64,000 nucleotides of DNA from a virus (IMGVR_UViG_3300029841_000117:26681-90680); one strand, 5' to 3'. Positions 46,884 to 56,274 are shown, numbered from the stretch's first letter. Notes: generated by a model not told the origin, from the sequence alone. A program made the numbers and translations.

Positions 46884-46997
46884 ATAGATACGCCCTGCGC
46901 CCGTAGGACTCCGTGTGCACCCGGCTGTGTCTCTTACAGAGATAACAGTTGAGTGATGAACTAACCGTACAAACGTAAGCATGACCAACAGAGCAGA

Positions 46998-47073
46998 TGG
47001 AGCTGGAACTCGGAGTCGAACCGAGAACCCACGCTGTACGAAAGCGTCACTCTACCAGTTGAGCTATTCCAGC
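46998..47073 (-). tRNA. tRNA-Thr (anticodon CGT), CCA encoded
   Basis: Acceptor GCTGGAA/TTCCAGC, anticodon arm ACGCT-TTCGTAC-AGCGT. Confidence 0.8.
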
Positions 47074-47232
47074 ATATATGCCATCCTGAAACTATGGCGA
47101 TGTCATTAACACCGCCAATACAAACTCACTATGATGGCAGTTTTGATAGCGTGAAAGGAGAATCATGGATAAATCATCGTGGCACAAGGGATTGCAGGGA
47201 TAAAAAACAAGCTCTAATACCGAAGATGATTT

Positions 47233-47307
47233 TGGCAGGGGCAGTAGGATTCGAACCTACGAATAACGGAGTCAAAGTCCGCTGTGTTACCGCTTCACCA
47301 TACCCCT
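47233..47307 (-). tRNA. tRNA-Gln (anticodon TTG), CCA encoded
   Basis: Acceptor AGGGGTA/TGCCCCT, anticodon arm GCGGA-CTTTGAC-TCCGT, T-arm GTAGG-TTCGAAT-CCTAC. Confidence 0.8.
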
Positions 47308-47425
47308 ATATCTGCAGGCTCATGCAGCGGCGTCCCGCCAAACCAACCTGTAACCGACTTCCAGAGCAGGCTCTGGCGTGTCGTAAAGGCATTTCCTTTA
47401 ACGCATAATTTAATGGTTTCTTACT

Positions 47426-47502
47426 TGGAGCGGCGTACCAGACTCGAACTGGCACCACCGGTTTGGAAGACCGGAGTGCTAACCGTTGAACACCAACGCC
47501 GC
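47426..47502 (-). tRNA. tRNA-Gly (anticodon TCC), CCA encoded
   Basis: Acceptor GCGGCGT/ACGCCGC, anticodon arm CCGGT-CTTCCAA-ACCGG. Confidence 0.8.
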
Positions 47503-47688
47503 ATGGTCGGCTTCTCGCTTAGATTGTCACACGCTACCGGCAACTACGCTCCGAAAAGTCGTAGCCCCTATTCCGTCAGGTCAAACCGGTCTTGACGCAT
47601 CAAGACAAGCGCAGTTTTCAGCAAGCATTTTCATTCTTTGTGAGGTAAGCCGATAATCGCTCACATCAGTTGGGAGCTACCCAACAAC

Positions 47689-47764
47689 TGGCAGGGGTGA
47701 ATGGATTCGAACCACCATCTGACGGTTTTGGAGACCGCTATGTTAGCCATTGCACCACACCCCT
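47689..47764 (-). tRNA. tRNA-Trp (anticodon CCA), CCA encoded
   Basis: Acceptor AGGGGTG/CACCCCT, anticodon arm GCGGT-CTCCAAA-ACCGT. Confidence 0.8.
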
Positions 47765-47854
47765 TGGCGGAGTGGACAGGACTTGAACCTGCACATCCTT
47801 TCGGATTACTCACGGTTTAGCAAACCGCTGCCTTACCGTTAGGCTTACCACTCC
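47765..47854 (-). tRNA. tRNA-Ser (anticodon GCT), type II, CCA encoded
   Basis: Acceptor GGAGTGG/CCACTCC, anticodon arm GCGGT-TTGCTAA-ACCGT, long variable arm. Directly abuts tRNA-Trp. Confidence 0.8.
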
Positions 47855-48543
47855 ATTGGAATTACTTTATTATACAGAGCAATAAATTTCTCATTGACCT
47901 GCTTATCCACATGATAATGTCCAAAGAACCACCGCTTGAATGTGAGGTCGGAACAAACCCTATCCAAAAAGCTGACCATCGGGTCGTTCTCGTACCAGCT
48001 TGCGAGCAGAGTTTGAACACTCCTTGGCGCACAATGTGTAATTACATAGTCAACTCGCCAATTATTTTCTTCGAGCGCTGCAATCGCTCGTTCCATTTCT
48101 TCTCTGGACGGCATTTCCTCTTTCCACCATGAGATATGTTCCACGCGATACTCTTTATCAACAGAGCGAGCACCGCCCATGCAGAAGATTTTCTTTCCAT
48201 CAATCGTGAGCACCTGCCCTCTGTCCAGATGATAGATGTCAGGAGCGATTTCACGCACCTTTCCGCCAAATTTGTCAATCAGCGGGAACTGGTAGAGCAT
48301 ATCAAAGTTCTCATGGTTGCCATCAATCCAAAGTGTCGTAAAGTTTTTCGCTGTCAGCCAGTCTTGCCACCACATCTCTCGATGCGAACCGTCCCAGCAG
48401 AGTCCAAAATCGCCACATATGATTACGAAATCATTCTTCGTCAATTCCTTTTGTTGTGGGAACTTTGTTGTATTAAGCTTGGCAATATCAATGTTTGCGT
48501 GTGTATCTCCAGTGACATAAATCATGCTCAGTTCCTTTCTCAT
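47845..48543 (-). CDS. Calcineurin-like metallophosphoesterase (second copy of this family)
   Basis: GDTHAN, GDFG, GNHE motifs. The 3' end overlaps the 5' end of tRNA-Ser by about 10 nt. Confidence 0.55.
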   Translation of the reverse strand: MRKELSMIYVTGDTHANIDIAKLNTTKFPQQKELTKNDFVIICGDFGLCWDGSHREMWWQDWLTAKNFTTLWIDGNHENFDMLYQFPLIDKFGGKVREIAPDIYHLDRGQVLTIDGKKIFCMGGARSVDKEYRVEHISWWKEEMPSREEMERAIAALEENNWRVDYVITHCAPRSVQTLLASWYENDPMVSFLDRVCSDLTFKRWFFGHYHVDKQVNEKFIALYNKVIPMEW

Positions 48544-49076
48544 CTGCAGTCCATATGTATATTCTGTTCTGGTCTCTTCGGTTATCTCCTGTAGCGACGG
48601 GATTTAGATGAGCTGAAAGCGAGTTCAAATCCCAAGCGGCGATGATGAAATCATTGGGAGACAATGGGTTCGACGGTCGCTCATCGGATGGAGATGACAA
48701 GACATCGAGAATAGTTTTAATGAGCTGTACAGCGAGCTTAGGCGCCTTCGCAGCAGGCTGCGGGCGGGGAATTGTGCTGTCCAGCAAAGTGATACTTCAG
48801 CCTTTGGCGTGAAGCACATTCCTTACGAAATGTTATTCACTGCAAATGATAATTTGATTATCCTGTAATCTACATGGAGGTAGCTCCCTACGAGGAGGAG
48901 CTCCGGCACCCAGTGACTGGCGTGCGACATCTTTTGGTCGTCTCGTTGAATCCATTGTGGCACAATGGATTCAAGTGATTCGGGCTGCTCACCGTGTGGT
49001 TCGCAGCCTCGAAGGATGACTTGAGTCTGCAGGTGAATGCGCCTCCGGGGAGGTTTTCCTCCCTATCAAGTTGTTA

Positions 49077-49096
49077 CTTATGCCTTTGGCGATAAG
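49077..49096. repeat. Dispersed hairpin family, copy 2: CTTAT-GCCTTTGGCG-ATAAG, inside a ~60-nt repeat also present upstream of the RT
   Basis: Lies 50 nt downstream of the RT stop. The flanking TTGTTACTT and CCTCCGGGG..CCTCCC blocks are shared with the copy at 50560-50625. Confidence 0.55.
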
Positions 49097-49145
49097 CATT
49101 GCTTTCGCAATTATGCATTACAGGATTGCGGGTTATTTATAGACG

Positions 49146-50282
49146 TTACCGCAGGTCGTCCTTCATCATGCGGATTACATCCACATTCATTTTCTTGTTG
49201 ATGTAAGCTACAATTGCGTCGATGGTCTCTTTTTCGACCATACGATAATAGCTATGCAGACCATACATTACCTGTACATCATTCCGCTCCCAAGCGACAC
49301 CATTGTTCTTATCTGTGATGTAATTGTACAGCATTGACTGGAACTGCTTTTTCTTTTTATGACCGACCGTAATCTCGTTGTCCTTATTCAGCATAACGCC
49401 AAGATTCCAGTTGCGTCCCGCTGATGAACCATACCGAGTCTTGCTTGCATTGATTGTGAACGGGGCACCAAAGCTGTTCAATGTACTTACTACCAGCTCT
49501 TCAACAGAACGAACATCAAAATCATACTTGGATGAAATGATGAAGTCATCCGCATATCTGGTATAAATGAAGCTCTGTTTTTCAAAATTACGGAGCGTAT
49601 TCGACAGTTTGAAATCAACCGGAATCATCATTACGTTTGTGATAAGCGGTGAAATTGGGGTACCTTGCGGTAGCCCACCATTTAAGAACGCTAACGACAT
49701 AGCTGCCCGCAATGCTGCCTCGCCCTGTGGCTCTTTAACAATCTCACTAAAAGGAAAAACCATCGAGAACATTGAGATGGCATAATCCAATGTTGTGCTG
49801 CCAAAAAAGTCGTGCAGGTCAAGCTTTGCGAACCATTTGCTGCTGTTCTTCTGGTGACGCTTAACCGCATCGACTGTACTCCGCTTCTTTACATAAGCAA
49901 ACGCGGCAGTATGATAGAGTGCATGGAAATCATCCTCGAAAATCGTTTTGAGTCTTCTCAGGGCGTCCATCAGCTCTGCCTTTGGCGCATCGATTCTACG
50001 AAGACCACCAGATTTCTTTGGGATGTAAAAGGTCTCATACAACTCGCTCCGTTCCTTTGCACGAAGCTCTGCTGTATCGTTATTAAATCGCACGAGTTTT
50101 CCGATTAAAGCTTCAACACCAATCTTGCTGGAAAAATGTTCACTGACATTTTCGACCTCGTATGTTCTTGTGTTTGCAATATTGGCATTGACAACCGGAG
50201 GTGTCTGATAGTTTTGAAACAGGTACTCTTCCAGTGTCATCTGATGATAAATCGGTGACTGCCTAACAGTGATATAGACCAT
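49146..50282 (-). CDS. Reverse transcriptase, retron-type (RT domain only; no maturase or endonuclease domains)
   Basis: IPKKSGGLRRIDAP, LDLHDFFGS, GLPQGTPISPLITNV, IYTRYADDFIISS and INASKT align with retron Ec86 RT (IDLEDFF, LLPQGAPSSPKLANL, IYTRYADDLTLS, INSKKT). RBS AAGGAGGGG upstream. Confidence 0.8.
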   Translation of the reverse strand: MVYITVRQSPIYHQMTLEEYLFQNYQTPPVVNANIANTRTYEVENVSEHFSSKIGVEALIGKLVRFNNDTAELRAKERSELYETFYIPKKSGGLRRIDAPKAELMDALRRLKTIFEDDFHALYHTAAFAYVKKRSTVDAVKRHQKNSSKWFAKLDLHDFFGSTTLDYAISMFSMVFPFSEIVKEPQGEAALRAAMSLAFLNGGLPQGTPISPLITNVMMIPVDFKLSNTLRNFEKQSFIYTRYADDFIISSKYDFDVRSVEELVVSTLNSFGAPFTINASKTRYGSSAGRNWNLGVMLNKDNEITVGHKKKKQFQSMLYNYITDKNNGVAWERNDVQVMYGLHSYYRMVEKETIDAIVAYINKKMNVDVIRMMKDDLR

Positions 50283-50603
50283 TTCTTCCCCTCCTTGTCC
50301 AATAACTAACTGTAACCTACATATGTCTGCTGCTTCCCAGAATTCCTAAGTCTGAAGACTACGTCGTCCTTGTGGGAGGTGGTGCGAGCTCTTGCAAGAT
50401 GCGAGATTTTTTTTCTTTGATTTCTTGCGACTGACAGCATGAGTTTGATGTTAGTACATTTCGCCCATGTATCGAAGAATTGGCGAAAAGTGCTTGACAT
50501 TTGGTTGGTTTTGTGGCGCGATGCTGCCGACCCGTGGCAGCCGGTTTGCTTTCAGGGTTCCGCCGCGTCATCCTCCGGGGGTCATCCTCCCGACAATTTG
50601 TTA

Positions 50604-50623
50604 CTTTAGCCTTTGGCGTAAAG
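50604..50623. repeat. Dispersed hairpin family, copy 3: CTTTA-GCCTTTGGCG-TAAAG
   Basis: In the 378-nt non-coding region upstream of the RT and 40 nt downstream of the stop of the 50661..51467 gene. The stem differs from copy 2 by compensatory AT/TA swaps. Confidence 0.55.
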
Positions 50624-50660
50624 CTCTCTTACGAGAAAATCCGTTACAGTCTGTGGCGCA

Positions 50661-51467
50661 TTAAGGCTGCGCCATACCTAATAATTCAAACAGTTCTTCG
50701 TCCGTAAAGACATTTTGAGTTGTGAATGGCTTGATGAAAAACACGCCGTCCTCTCGTTGTTCGACAATCGTGTCAGGGCTCAACGTGCACACCGGTCTTA
50801 CCCCGGAACAGCTTGATGCTGTCAGCCTGTTTAACACACCAGAGCGATTCGAAATCGCCGCTCTTTCGGTCTCAACATCGTCTAACAGCCAGAAGCTCAT
50901 AAATCCACGGTCTGAATCAAGCCCTGCATAACGAGCTTTCAGGTCGAACAAGTCGGCTGTCGGATTCGGACGAATGCCTTTTCTTTTGAATAAGTCAAAG
51001 CGCCGCCCATCTTGGAGGCTAAAAATGTCTGCAATTGATGGTAGGCGAATCAACGAAGACACTCGGTTCTCTCCGACCACATACTCTTTCCTGACCAAAG
51101 AAGCAATCTCGTGGTCTTCAAAGAAATACAGAAACCCGTAATGGTCTTCATAGCGAGCATAACTATACCTCACAAAGGCACCGGGCGAAGAATCATTATC
51201 GTGCATTGCGTGATACCACATCATCTGGTCACTGTTCAAGAACGAAAACAGATTTGACACTGGATACTTCGCATTATTAACACGCCTATAATGCCCAGTC
51301 TCTTCCGCCGCATCGAAGCACAGGTAGTCGATAGCTTTTTCTGTGATAAAATCACAGTTTGGATTGCCTTTCAGCCAAACAATCGGGTACGGGTTGTCTT
51401 TGTCCACACCGTACTTGCCCATCACGAGTTGTGCACCTACTTTGAGAGCACCAACGGTTGTGTCCAT
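50661..51467 (-). CDS. Hypothetical protein
   Basis: ORF between the E1-like gene and the RT upstream region. Confidence 0.4.
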   Translation of the reverse strand: MDTTVGALKVGAQLVMGKYGVDKDNPYPIVWLKGNPNCDFITEKAIDYLCFDAAEETGHYRRVNNAKYPVSNLFSFLNSDQMMWYHAMHDNDSSPGAFVRYSYARYEDHYGFLYFFEDHEIASLVRKEYVVGENRVSSLIRLPSIADIFSLQDGRRFDLFKRKGIRPNPTADLFDLKARYAGLDSDRGFMSFWLLDDVETERAAISNRSGVLNRLTASSCSGVRPVCTLSPDTIVEQREDGVFFIKPFTTQNVFTDEELFELLGMAQP

Positions 51468-51498
51468 ACCTTACCCCTCCCTTCGTTCTTTTTGAAAA

Positions 51499-52176
51499 TT
51501 AAAACGCATCCAACAGCGGCTGGAATGCGTCACAAATAATCAGCTTATTCAGCCCCTTGCCCCTGATGTACTTGACGAAGTTGCTCACGCCCAGAGCACA
51601 AATCACTCTGACCGTAGTCACAACGCCAAGCGTGATGCCACAAGCTGAGACCGGAGTTTCTTCCGCCGCCTCATCGTGTGTAAAATTCATGGAGTTGAGG
51701 AGGTCTTTCTTCATCTTGTAGTCAGACCAATCAGCAGCATAGTGCTGACCAGCCTCCAGCAGAGTTCTGAAATCAAACATCGCCTTTACATACGGATTGT
51801 CGAAGTGTTTCTCAACAATCTTTTTTCTCAGCTCGATGTTATCGACGCACAAGAACACATAGCCGGATAACTGCTGCCCGTCCCACCCATCCTTGTAAAG
51901 CTTCAGGTCATCCTTAACATCAGGATTGATGTCGAAAAGAATATCCGCCAATGCCTCGACCTTAGAGCGCCCAATGTCCTGCTGACGGAAAATCTGATTT
52001 GCCAGATTGTGCGGACTTACTGTGTCCATATCCCACAGTGCGATGTTCGTGAGTCCTAAGCGAACCAGCAGCTCCGCAACCGTCGCGCCGACAGAACCAC
52101 ACCCGACGATGTGGATTCTACAATCAACCTTCTCGGGCTGGAAATATTCATAGCTCTTTGACAGGTCAATAGCCAT
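51499..52176 (-). CDS. E1-like (ThiF/MoeB family) adenylyltransferase, minimal 225-aa form
   Basis: Rossmann motif IHIVGCGSVGATVAELLVRLGL and WDMDTVSPHNLANQ (ThiF D.D.VE.SNLNRQ). Confidence 0.6.
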   Translation of the reverse strand: MAIDLSKSYEYFQPEKVDCRIHIVGCGSVGATVAELLVRLGLTNIALWDMDTVSPHNLANQIFRQQDIGRSKVEALADILFDINPDVKDDLKLYKDGWDGQQLSGYVFLCVDNIELRKKIVEKHFDNPYVKAMFDFRTLLEAGQHYAADWSDYKMKKDLLNSMNFTHDEAAEETPVSACGITLGVVTTVRVICALGVSNFVKYIRGKGLNKLIICDAFQPLLDAF

Positions 52177-52177
52177 A

Positions 52178-53134
52178 TTACTTACCTCCTAAGTATGCAT
52201 AAGGGTCGTAGTCATCTTCGTCTTCCCAGCCATTCATTGATTCTTGGCAGGCATTCTGTCCATGCCAACCAGCTCCAATTCTGGTTCTGGGTTTCTCTCC
52301 CTCGTTCTTTTTACCAGATGACTTATCCTTGTTTTCTTCTTTCTTACTGTCCTTCTTGTCGTCGGACTTACCCGCAAGCGGATTGTACGGAGCACCTGCC
52401 GGAGCCCCCTTGTATCCCTGATTGTAGTAACCGCCGTATCCGCTCTGACCGCCATATGCATAGGACTTTGACTTCACCATATCCTTCGCGTTTTTGATAA
52501 ACTCATCAAGTCCTTCATTCTGACCGATAATCTTGACCGTGATATCTTTATCCTCAAACATCACGTTCTTCTTGAGGTCATAGATTTTATTTGTGCTTGC
52601 AAATGACTTGTTCCAAATCATAAAGATGTAGAAGTCATTATCGCCAAGCATCCCGAGGATTTCCTCTTGATGATTGAGGTCAACAGAGGATGGAGACGTA
52701 CCCATATTTACATGGGAATGTCCCTGCATATAGATGTGGTTGAAACGCTCATCTTCGATGTTTTCCTGAATCCACAGAGCATATTTCTCGGTGTCCATCT
52801 CAACCGTTGCGCCGGTTACCTCCTGCGGATAGACAACGATGTCATCGATGACATACTCGTCAAGCGATTCATCTTCAGTTCGACGTGCGACACCATGCCA
52901 TGCGACCTCTTTATCGAACTCTTTGATAAGCATAGTCATCTTTGCCCACGCCTCTGCGCTGAAGTAAACTACTGCCTTTCTGTCACCACATGAGAACGCT
53001 TTGGTAAAAGAAAGCTTTCCATCCGAGAGCTTTGTAAGTGACAAAGCCTTCTCAAAATCTTGACGGCACTCATCAATGAGTTCCTGCGTCAACTTAATTG
53101 GTCTGCTCATTTTGCGCCTCCTCCGTCTGCTCAT
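52178..53134 (-). CDS. JAB/MPN (JAMM) metalloprotease with Gly/Tyr/Lys-rich low-complexity tail
   Basis: JAMM motif E...HIYMQGHSHVNMGTSPSSVD (HxHx7Sx2D). Ends 2 nt before the E1-like gene. Confidence 0.6.
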   Translation of the reverse strand: MSRRRRRKMSRPIKLTQELIDECRQDFEKALSLTKLSDGKLSFTKAFSCGDRKAVVYFSAEAWAKMTMLIKEFDKEVAWHGVARRTEDESLDEYVIDDIVVYPQEVTGATVEMDTEKYALWIQENIEDERFNHIYMQGHSHVNMGTSPSSVDLNHQEEILGMLGDNDFYIFMIWNKSFASTNKIYDLKKNVMFEDKDITVKIIGQNEGLDEFIKNAKDMVKSKSYAYGGQSGYGGYYNQGYKGAPAGAPYNPLAGKSDDKKDSKKEENKDKSSGKKNEGEKPRTRIGAGWHGQNACQESMNGWEDEDDYDPYAYLGGK

Positions 53135-54587
53135 TCATTGCCTCCTGCTCATCAAGCCATCTAATTGCTTCGTTCGGCTTTACAACGCGACCATCTGGCA
53201 ACTCAATACAACGACTGACCGTGTTATTTGACCACATGGTTCTCATAAACTCGCCCATAACTGCACTGTCGCCGAAGTTCAGACTCTTACAGGACGCAAT
53301 ACACTGCTCAAGTGCACCGATATAATTTCGTTTTCTCAGCAGTTCATTGATAGTCCTGCTGTAATTGCCCATGCAATGATAACGGTCAATATGCGTATTA
53401 GGCATATAACCATCAAATGTGTAATCAGAAAAATCACCAGTCTGCGCAGAAACACTACCATTCAGGTCGAATCTATATGCTGCGCAAAAGCGGATTCTAA
53501 GCCGAGGATTTTCACTTACGAAAATCTCCTGCATCAGCTTCTGCATTTTCTCTGAAGCTGCCGCATTGTGACCGTTGCCACCATCCGGTCGATACACATA
53601 ACTGCTTCTATTGTTGATTGCTCGCTCAGCCATATCTCTGTCAAAGTATTCAAGGTAGTCTTTAACCGAGAAATACATATCCGTATTGCTAACATGAGAC
53701 AGGACAAGTCTGTTGTTGCAGAGGAAATAATCCATGATTTCAGAATCTCCACCGCCCTCTGCAATTCTTTGCTCAAGCCCCAACAATCTGATGCACTTGT
53801 CATTGCGGCGCGACAGATACGCGCCGATAGAATCATTGAGTCGCTGAATCTCCATGTCAATAGATTGGATTTCATTGCGAACAGTATCGCATTCGATGCG
53901 CTCATATCTGGTTTCAAAATCACCCAGCAACTGACGAATCCGCGCTGTTCTGAAATCATATCCCTCGGCAAGCTTTGCAATGTACTTCTCATAGTTTGCC
54001 GAATTTGTTTCTCGCAAGGATTGCATCAATGCAAGCTCATCTTCTGTCAAACCATCATCCTGATTCAGGTACCACGGCATGAATGCAAGAATAGATACCT
54101 GAAGGTAATGCATTTTCTTAACATCAAGATTGTCAACGAAGACAATCACCGACTTCTTGTCAGGGTTGATATAACAATCAACATTGAATGACTTCCGATA
54201 AAACGCTTTGACCTTATCAAGACGGTGATACTCTGGGTAGATAGAAGTAAACTTGTCCTCCACAATCTGCATACAAGCCAGATTGCTATTTTGGTCAGCA
54301 TTGAAGCTATGGACTATGAGCGCACCGCTGGCATTCATTTGATAACTGCTACAGATAGCACTAACCGCACGTTCTGCTGGAACGTTACGGATAGTGTTCC
54401 CATCATAATTGGTCGAACCGAAAGTCAGGTAGACACTTTCGTCCTCTTTGATTCGAGGTGCAACCAGTGCACGAAGCGTTGAAAGGAACGAACAGTCATT
54501 GCCAAAATAGCTTCCGGTAATGTTCTGGAAAAAGCTATTAGCCGCCTCTGACGTAAACGGTGTCGATGTAATGCTTGTCTTGAACAC
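53094..54587 (-). CDS. Hypothetical 497-aa protein, first gene of the JAB-E1 operon
   Basis: Overlaps the JAB gene start by about 40 nt. No recognisable domain. Confidence 0.4.
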   Translation of the reverse strand: MFKTSITSTPFTSEAANSFFQNITGSYFGNDCSFLSTLRALVAPRIKEDESVYLTFGSTNYDGNTIRNVPAERAVSAICSSYQMNASGALIVHSFNADQNSNLACMQIVEDKFTSIYPEYHRLDKVKAFYRKSFNVDCYINPDKKSVIVFVDNLDVKKMHYLQVSILAFMPWYLNQDDGLTEDELALMQSLRETNSANYEKYIAKLAEGYDFRTARIRQLLGDFETRYERIECDTVRNEIQSIDMEIQRLNDSIGAYLSRRNDKCIRLLGLEQRIAEGGGDSEIMDYFLCNNRLVLSHVSNTDMYFSVKDYLEYFDRDMAERAINNRSSYVYRPDGGNGHNAAASEKMQKLMQEIFVSENPRLRIRFCAAYRFDLNGSVSAQTGDFSDYTFDGYMPNTHIDRYHCMGNYSRTINELLRKRNYIGALEQCIASCKSLNFGDSAVMGEFMRTMWSNNTVSRCIELPDGRVVKPNEAIRWLDEQEAMNEQTEEAQNEQTN

Positions 54588-54613
54588 AGAAACACCTCAA
54601 TTCATTTTTATCT

Positions 54614-54698
54614 TGGTGGGGAATATCGGATTTGAACCGATACGGCATACGCCAACAGAACTTAAATCTGTTGTGTCTTCCAATTCCACCAATTCCCC
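54614..54698 (-). tRNA. tRNA-Leu (anticodon TAA), type II, CCA encoded
   Basis: Acceptor GGGGAAT/ATTCCCC, anticodon arm ACAGA-TTTAAGT-TCTGT, variable stem GGCGTATGCC. Confidence 0.8.
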
Positions 54699-54699
54699 A

Positions 54700-54730
54700 T
54701 GAAAAGAGCCGCCCCATGAAGGGCGGCTCT
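54700..54730 (-). terminator. Rho-independent terminator
   Basis: AGAGCCGCCC-ttcatg-GGGCGGCTCT then TTTTC on the minus strand, downstream of the 54741..55019 gene. Confidence 0.55.
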
Positions 54731-54740
54731 AATCTAAAAC

Positions 54741-55019
54741 TTAGGCGTTGTCCGCCTTAACGACGTTCAGCAGGAAGCACTTCTCGGTAATGCCGAACTG
54801 CTGGAAGGTCTTATCGAGGTCGCCGGGGTTCAGAGAAGAACCATCGAGGTGCATGACACCACGAGTGTAATCAACGCCGTTTGCCTCAAGGCAGGAGCGC
54901 AGGGTGGTATTCTCATCGATGATGACAGCCTCACGCTTAACATTGTTGCCAACAGTAACCTTAATCATTATGTATTCTCCTTTTATTCGTTTTTTGTTTT
55001 TTGGGTGGTGGGGCGGCAT
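54741..55019 (-). CDS. Small hypothetical protein, possibly beta-grasp/ubiquitin-like (true start probably MIKVTVGNN)
   Basis: About 76-aa core beginning MIKVTV. Does not end in GG. Confidence 0.35.
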   Translation of the reverse strand: MPPHHPKNKKRIKGEYIMIKVTVGNNVKREAVIIDENTTLRSCLEANGVDYTRGVMHLDGSSLNPGDLDKTFQQFGITEKCFLLNVVKADNA

Positions 55020-55041
55020 AGCCGCCCCGTTGCAGTGTCTC

Positions 55042-55533
55042 TTACTGAGCGACAGTGATGTTGCTCATCACGGTTGCCTTCTCAGCCGCAATCTCTTCGA
55101 GAACAGTGGGGAGCTTCTCTTCGAGCTTGTTGAGGTTGATGATGGCAGCGCCAAGGCGGTCAGCGACCCAATCCTTCACATCGCCGGTAACACCGTCGAG
55201 GAACAGGGTGATGCACGCCAGCTTGTCATCGTCACGGGTCTCGGAGCCGAAGGATGCGCCAACTGCGTTGATATTGCCTGCACCATGAGTTGTGCCGACA
55301 CCGAAGATGGGCTCCTTGCCATCCTCGCCGCCCTTCAGGACGAGCTCCTTGGGACGATACTTCTCGATGGTCTTGATGTCCTCAAGCTTCATTGCGGAAG
55401 TGACGACGACTGCGTCGCCTGCGATAACGATTTTTGCCATGTGTATGTACTCCTTGATTTCAAATGTACCCCTATTAGTTCGTCTTACGACTATCCGCCC
55501 ACACCACGAGGAGGTTGGAGCCATTGTGGACAT
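55042..55533 (-). CDS. Hypothetical protein (probable start at internal MAKIVIAGD)
   Basis: GGAG-like RBS before the internal Met. Gly/Ala/Val-rich. Confidence 0.35.
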   Translation of the reverse strand: MSTMAPTSSWCGRIVVRRTNRGTFEIKEYIHMAKIVIAGDAVVVTSAMKLEDIKTIEKYRPKELVLKGGEDGKEPIFGVGTTHGAGNINAVGASFGSETRDDDKLACITLFLDGVTGDVKDWVADRLGAAIINLNKLEEKLPTVLEEIAAEKATVMSNITVAQ

Positions 55534-55614
55534 AAAACCACTGAAGCAACTGCCCCAGTGGTTATGGTTTTATCTTGCACCACTTCCGTGGTGCTGATGC
55601 TTTTGATACACAGA

Positions 55615-56274
55615 TTAGAAACTGAAAGCCGGGGCGACGCCATAGGAATACCTTGCGTAGTAATTGTACGCGTTGCCGTTCGTGTACACAAAGCAGAAGC
55701 CGGTGCTGTAGTAGTAATAAGGAGAACGCAGCATAGTGTACTCAGCGGAACCATTACGCTTCTTGCCCCAAGGGACATCTTCTTGCCGGTAATATTCGTA
55801 CCAATGACCTTCGCCCGGTGCCGAATAGATGTTCCGTCCAAAGGTTTCTTTTTCGGACTTAATCCAAAACTTGCACTCCGTTTCGAGCAATTCGTTCGCT
55901 CCGTCATAGGTGTTTGCAGTAAGCTTGATTACTGGTTCGACCACCTCAAGAATCTCGTCTGGCATGAGCTGGTAAATTACGCCATCTTCGTCGTTCATCT
56001 TATGGAACAACTCTGTTGCACCCCAAGAGCCTCTGTTCGTGTCGTTGCTATTCCAACGATGCCGGTTTGGAAGGCAGTCAACCATCTCCCAAGTCAGTGG
56101 GAGGATACGACCACTTTTTGTAACATCGTGTTTGAATCCAATGATACGGAACTGAACCAGCGTATCGTCTTTTAATCTGACGTTTTTGAAATCTCCTAAT
56201 CTAAGGAAGTCGGGTGCCATATCCCCAAGCCCCTTCAGCGAACGCCACGGCATATTATCCAAACATTCAGGCAT
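55615..56274 (-). CDS. Hypothetical protein
   Basis: ORF in the array. Confidence 0.4.
   Translation of the reverse strand: MPECLDNMPWRSLKGLGDMAPDFLRLGDFKNVRLKDDTLVQFRIIGFKHDVTKSGRILPLTWEMVDCLPNRHRWNSNDTNRGSWGATELFHKMNDEDGVIYQLMPDEILEVVEPVIKLTANTYDGANELLETECKFWIKSEKETFGRNIYSAPGEGHWYEYYRQEDVPWGKKRNGSAEYTMLRSPYYYYSTGFCFVYTNGNAYNYYARYSYGVAPAFSF

Noticed and set aside
47521-47690. Additional tRNA between tRNA-Gly and tRNA-Trp
   Set aside because: No acceptor, D or T arm combination could be folded. Only short hairpins such as GTCTTGA-cgca-TCAAGAC are present.
48840-50660. Diversity-generating retroelement (template/variable repeat pair) around the RT
   Set aside because: The RT has PQG and YTRYADD (retron or group II-like) rather than the DGR IGN..SQ signature. 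The two repeat copies differ by AT/TA swaps that preserve a hairpin, not by adenine-specific substitutions. No copy sits at the 3' end of a target ORF.
48840-50660. Group II intron harbouring the RT
   Set aside because: No 5' GUGYG or domain V consensus could be found on either flank. The RT lacks maturase (X) and endonuclease domains. An upstream protein-coding gene abuts the region.
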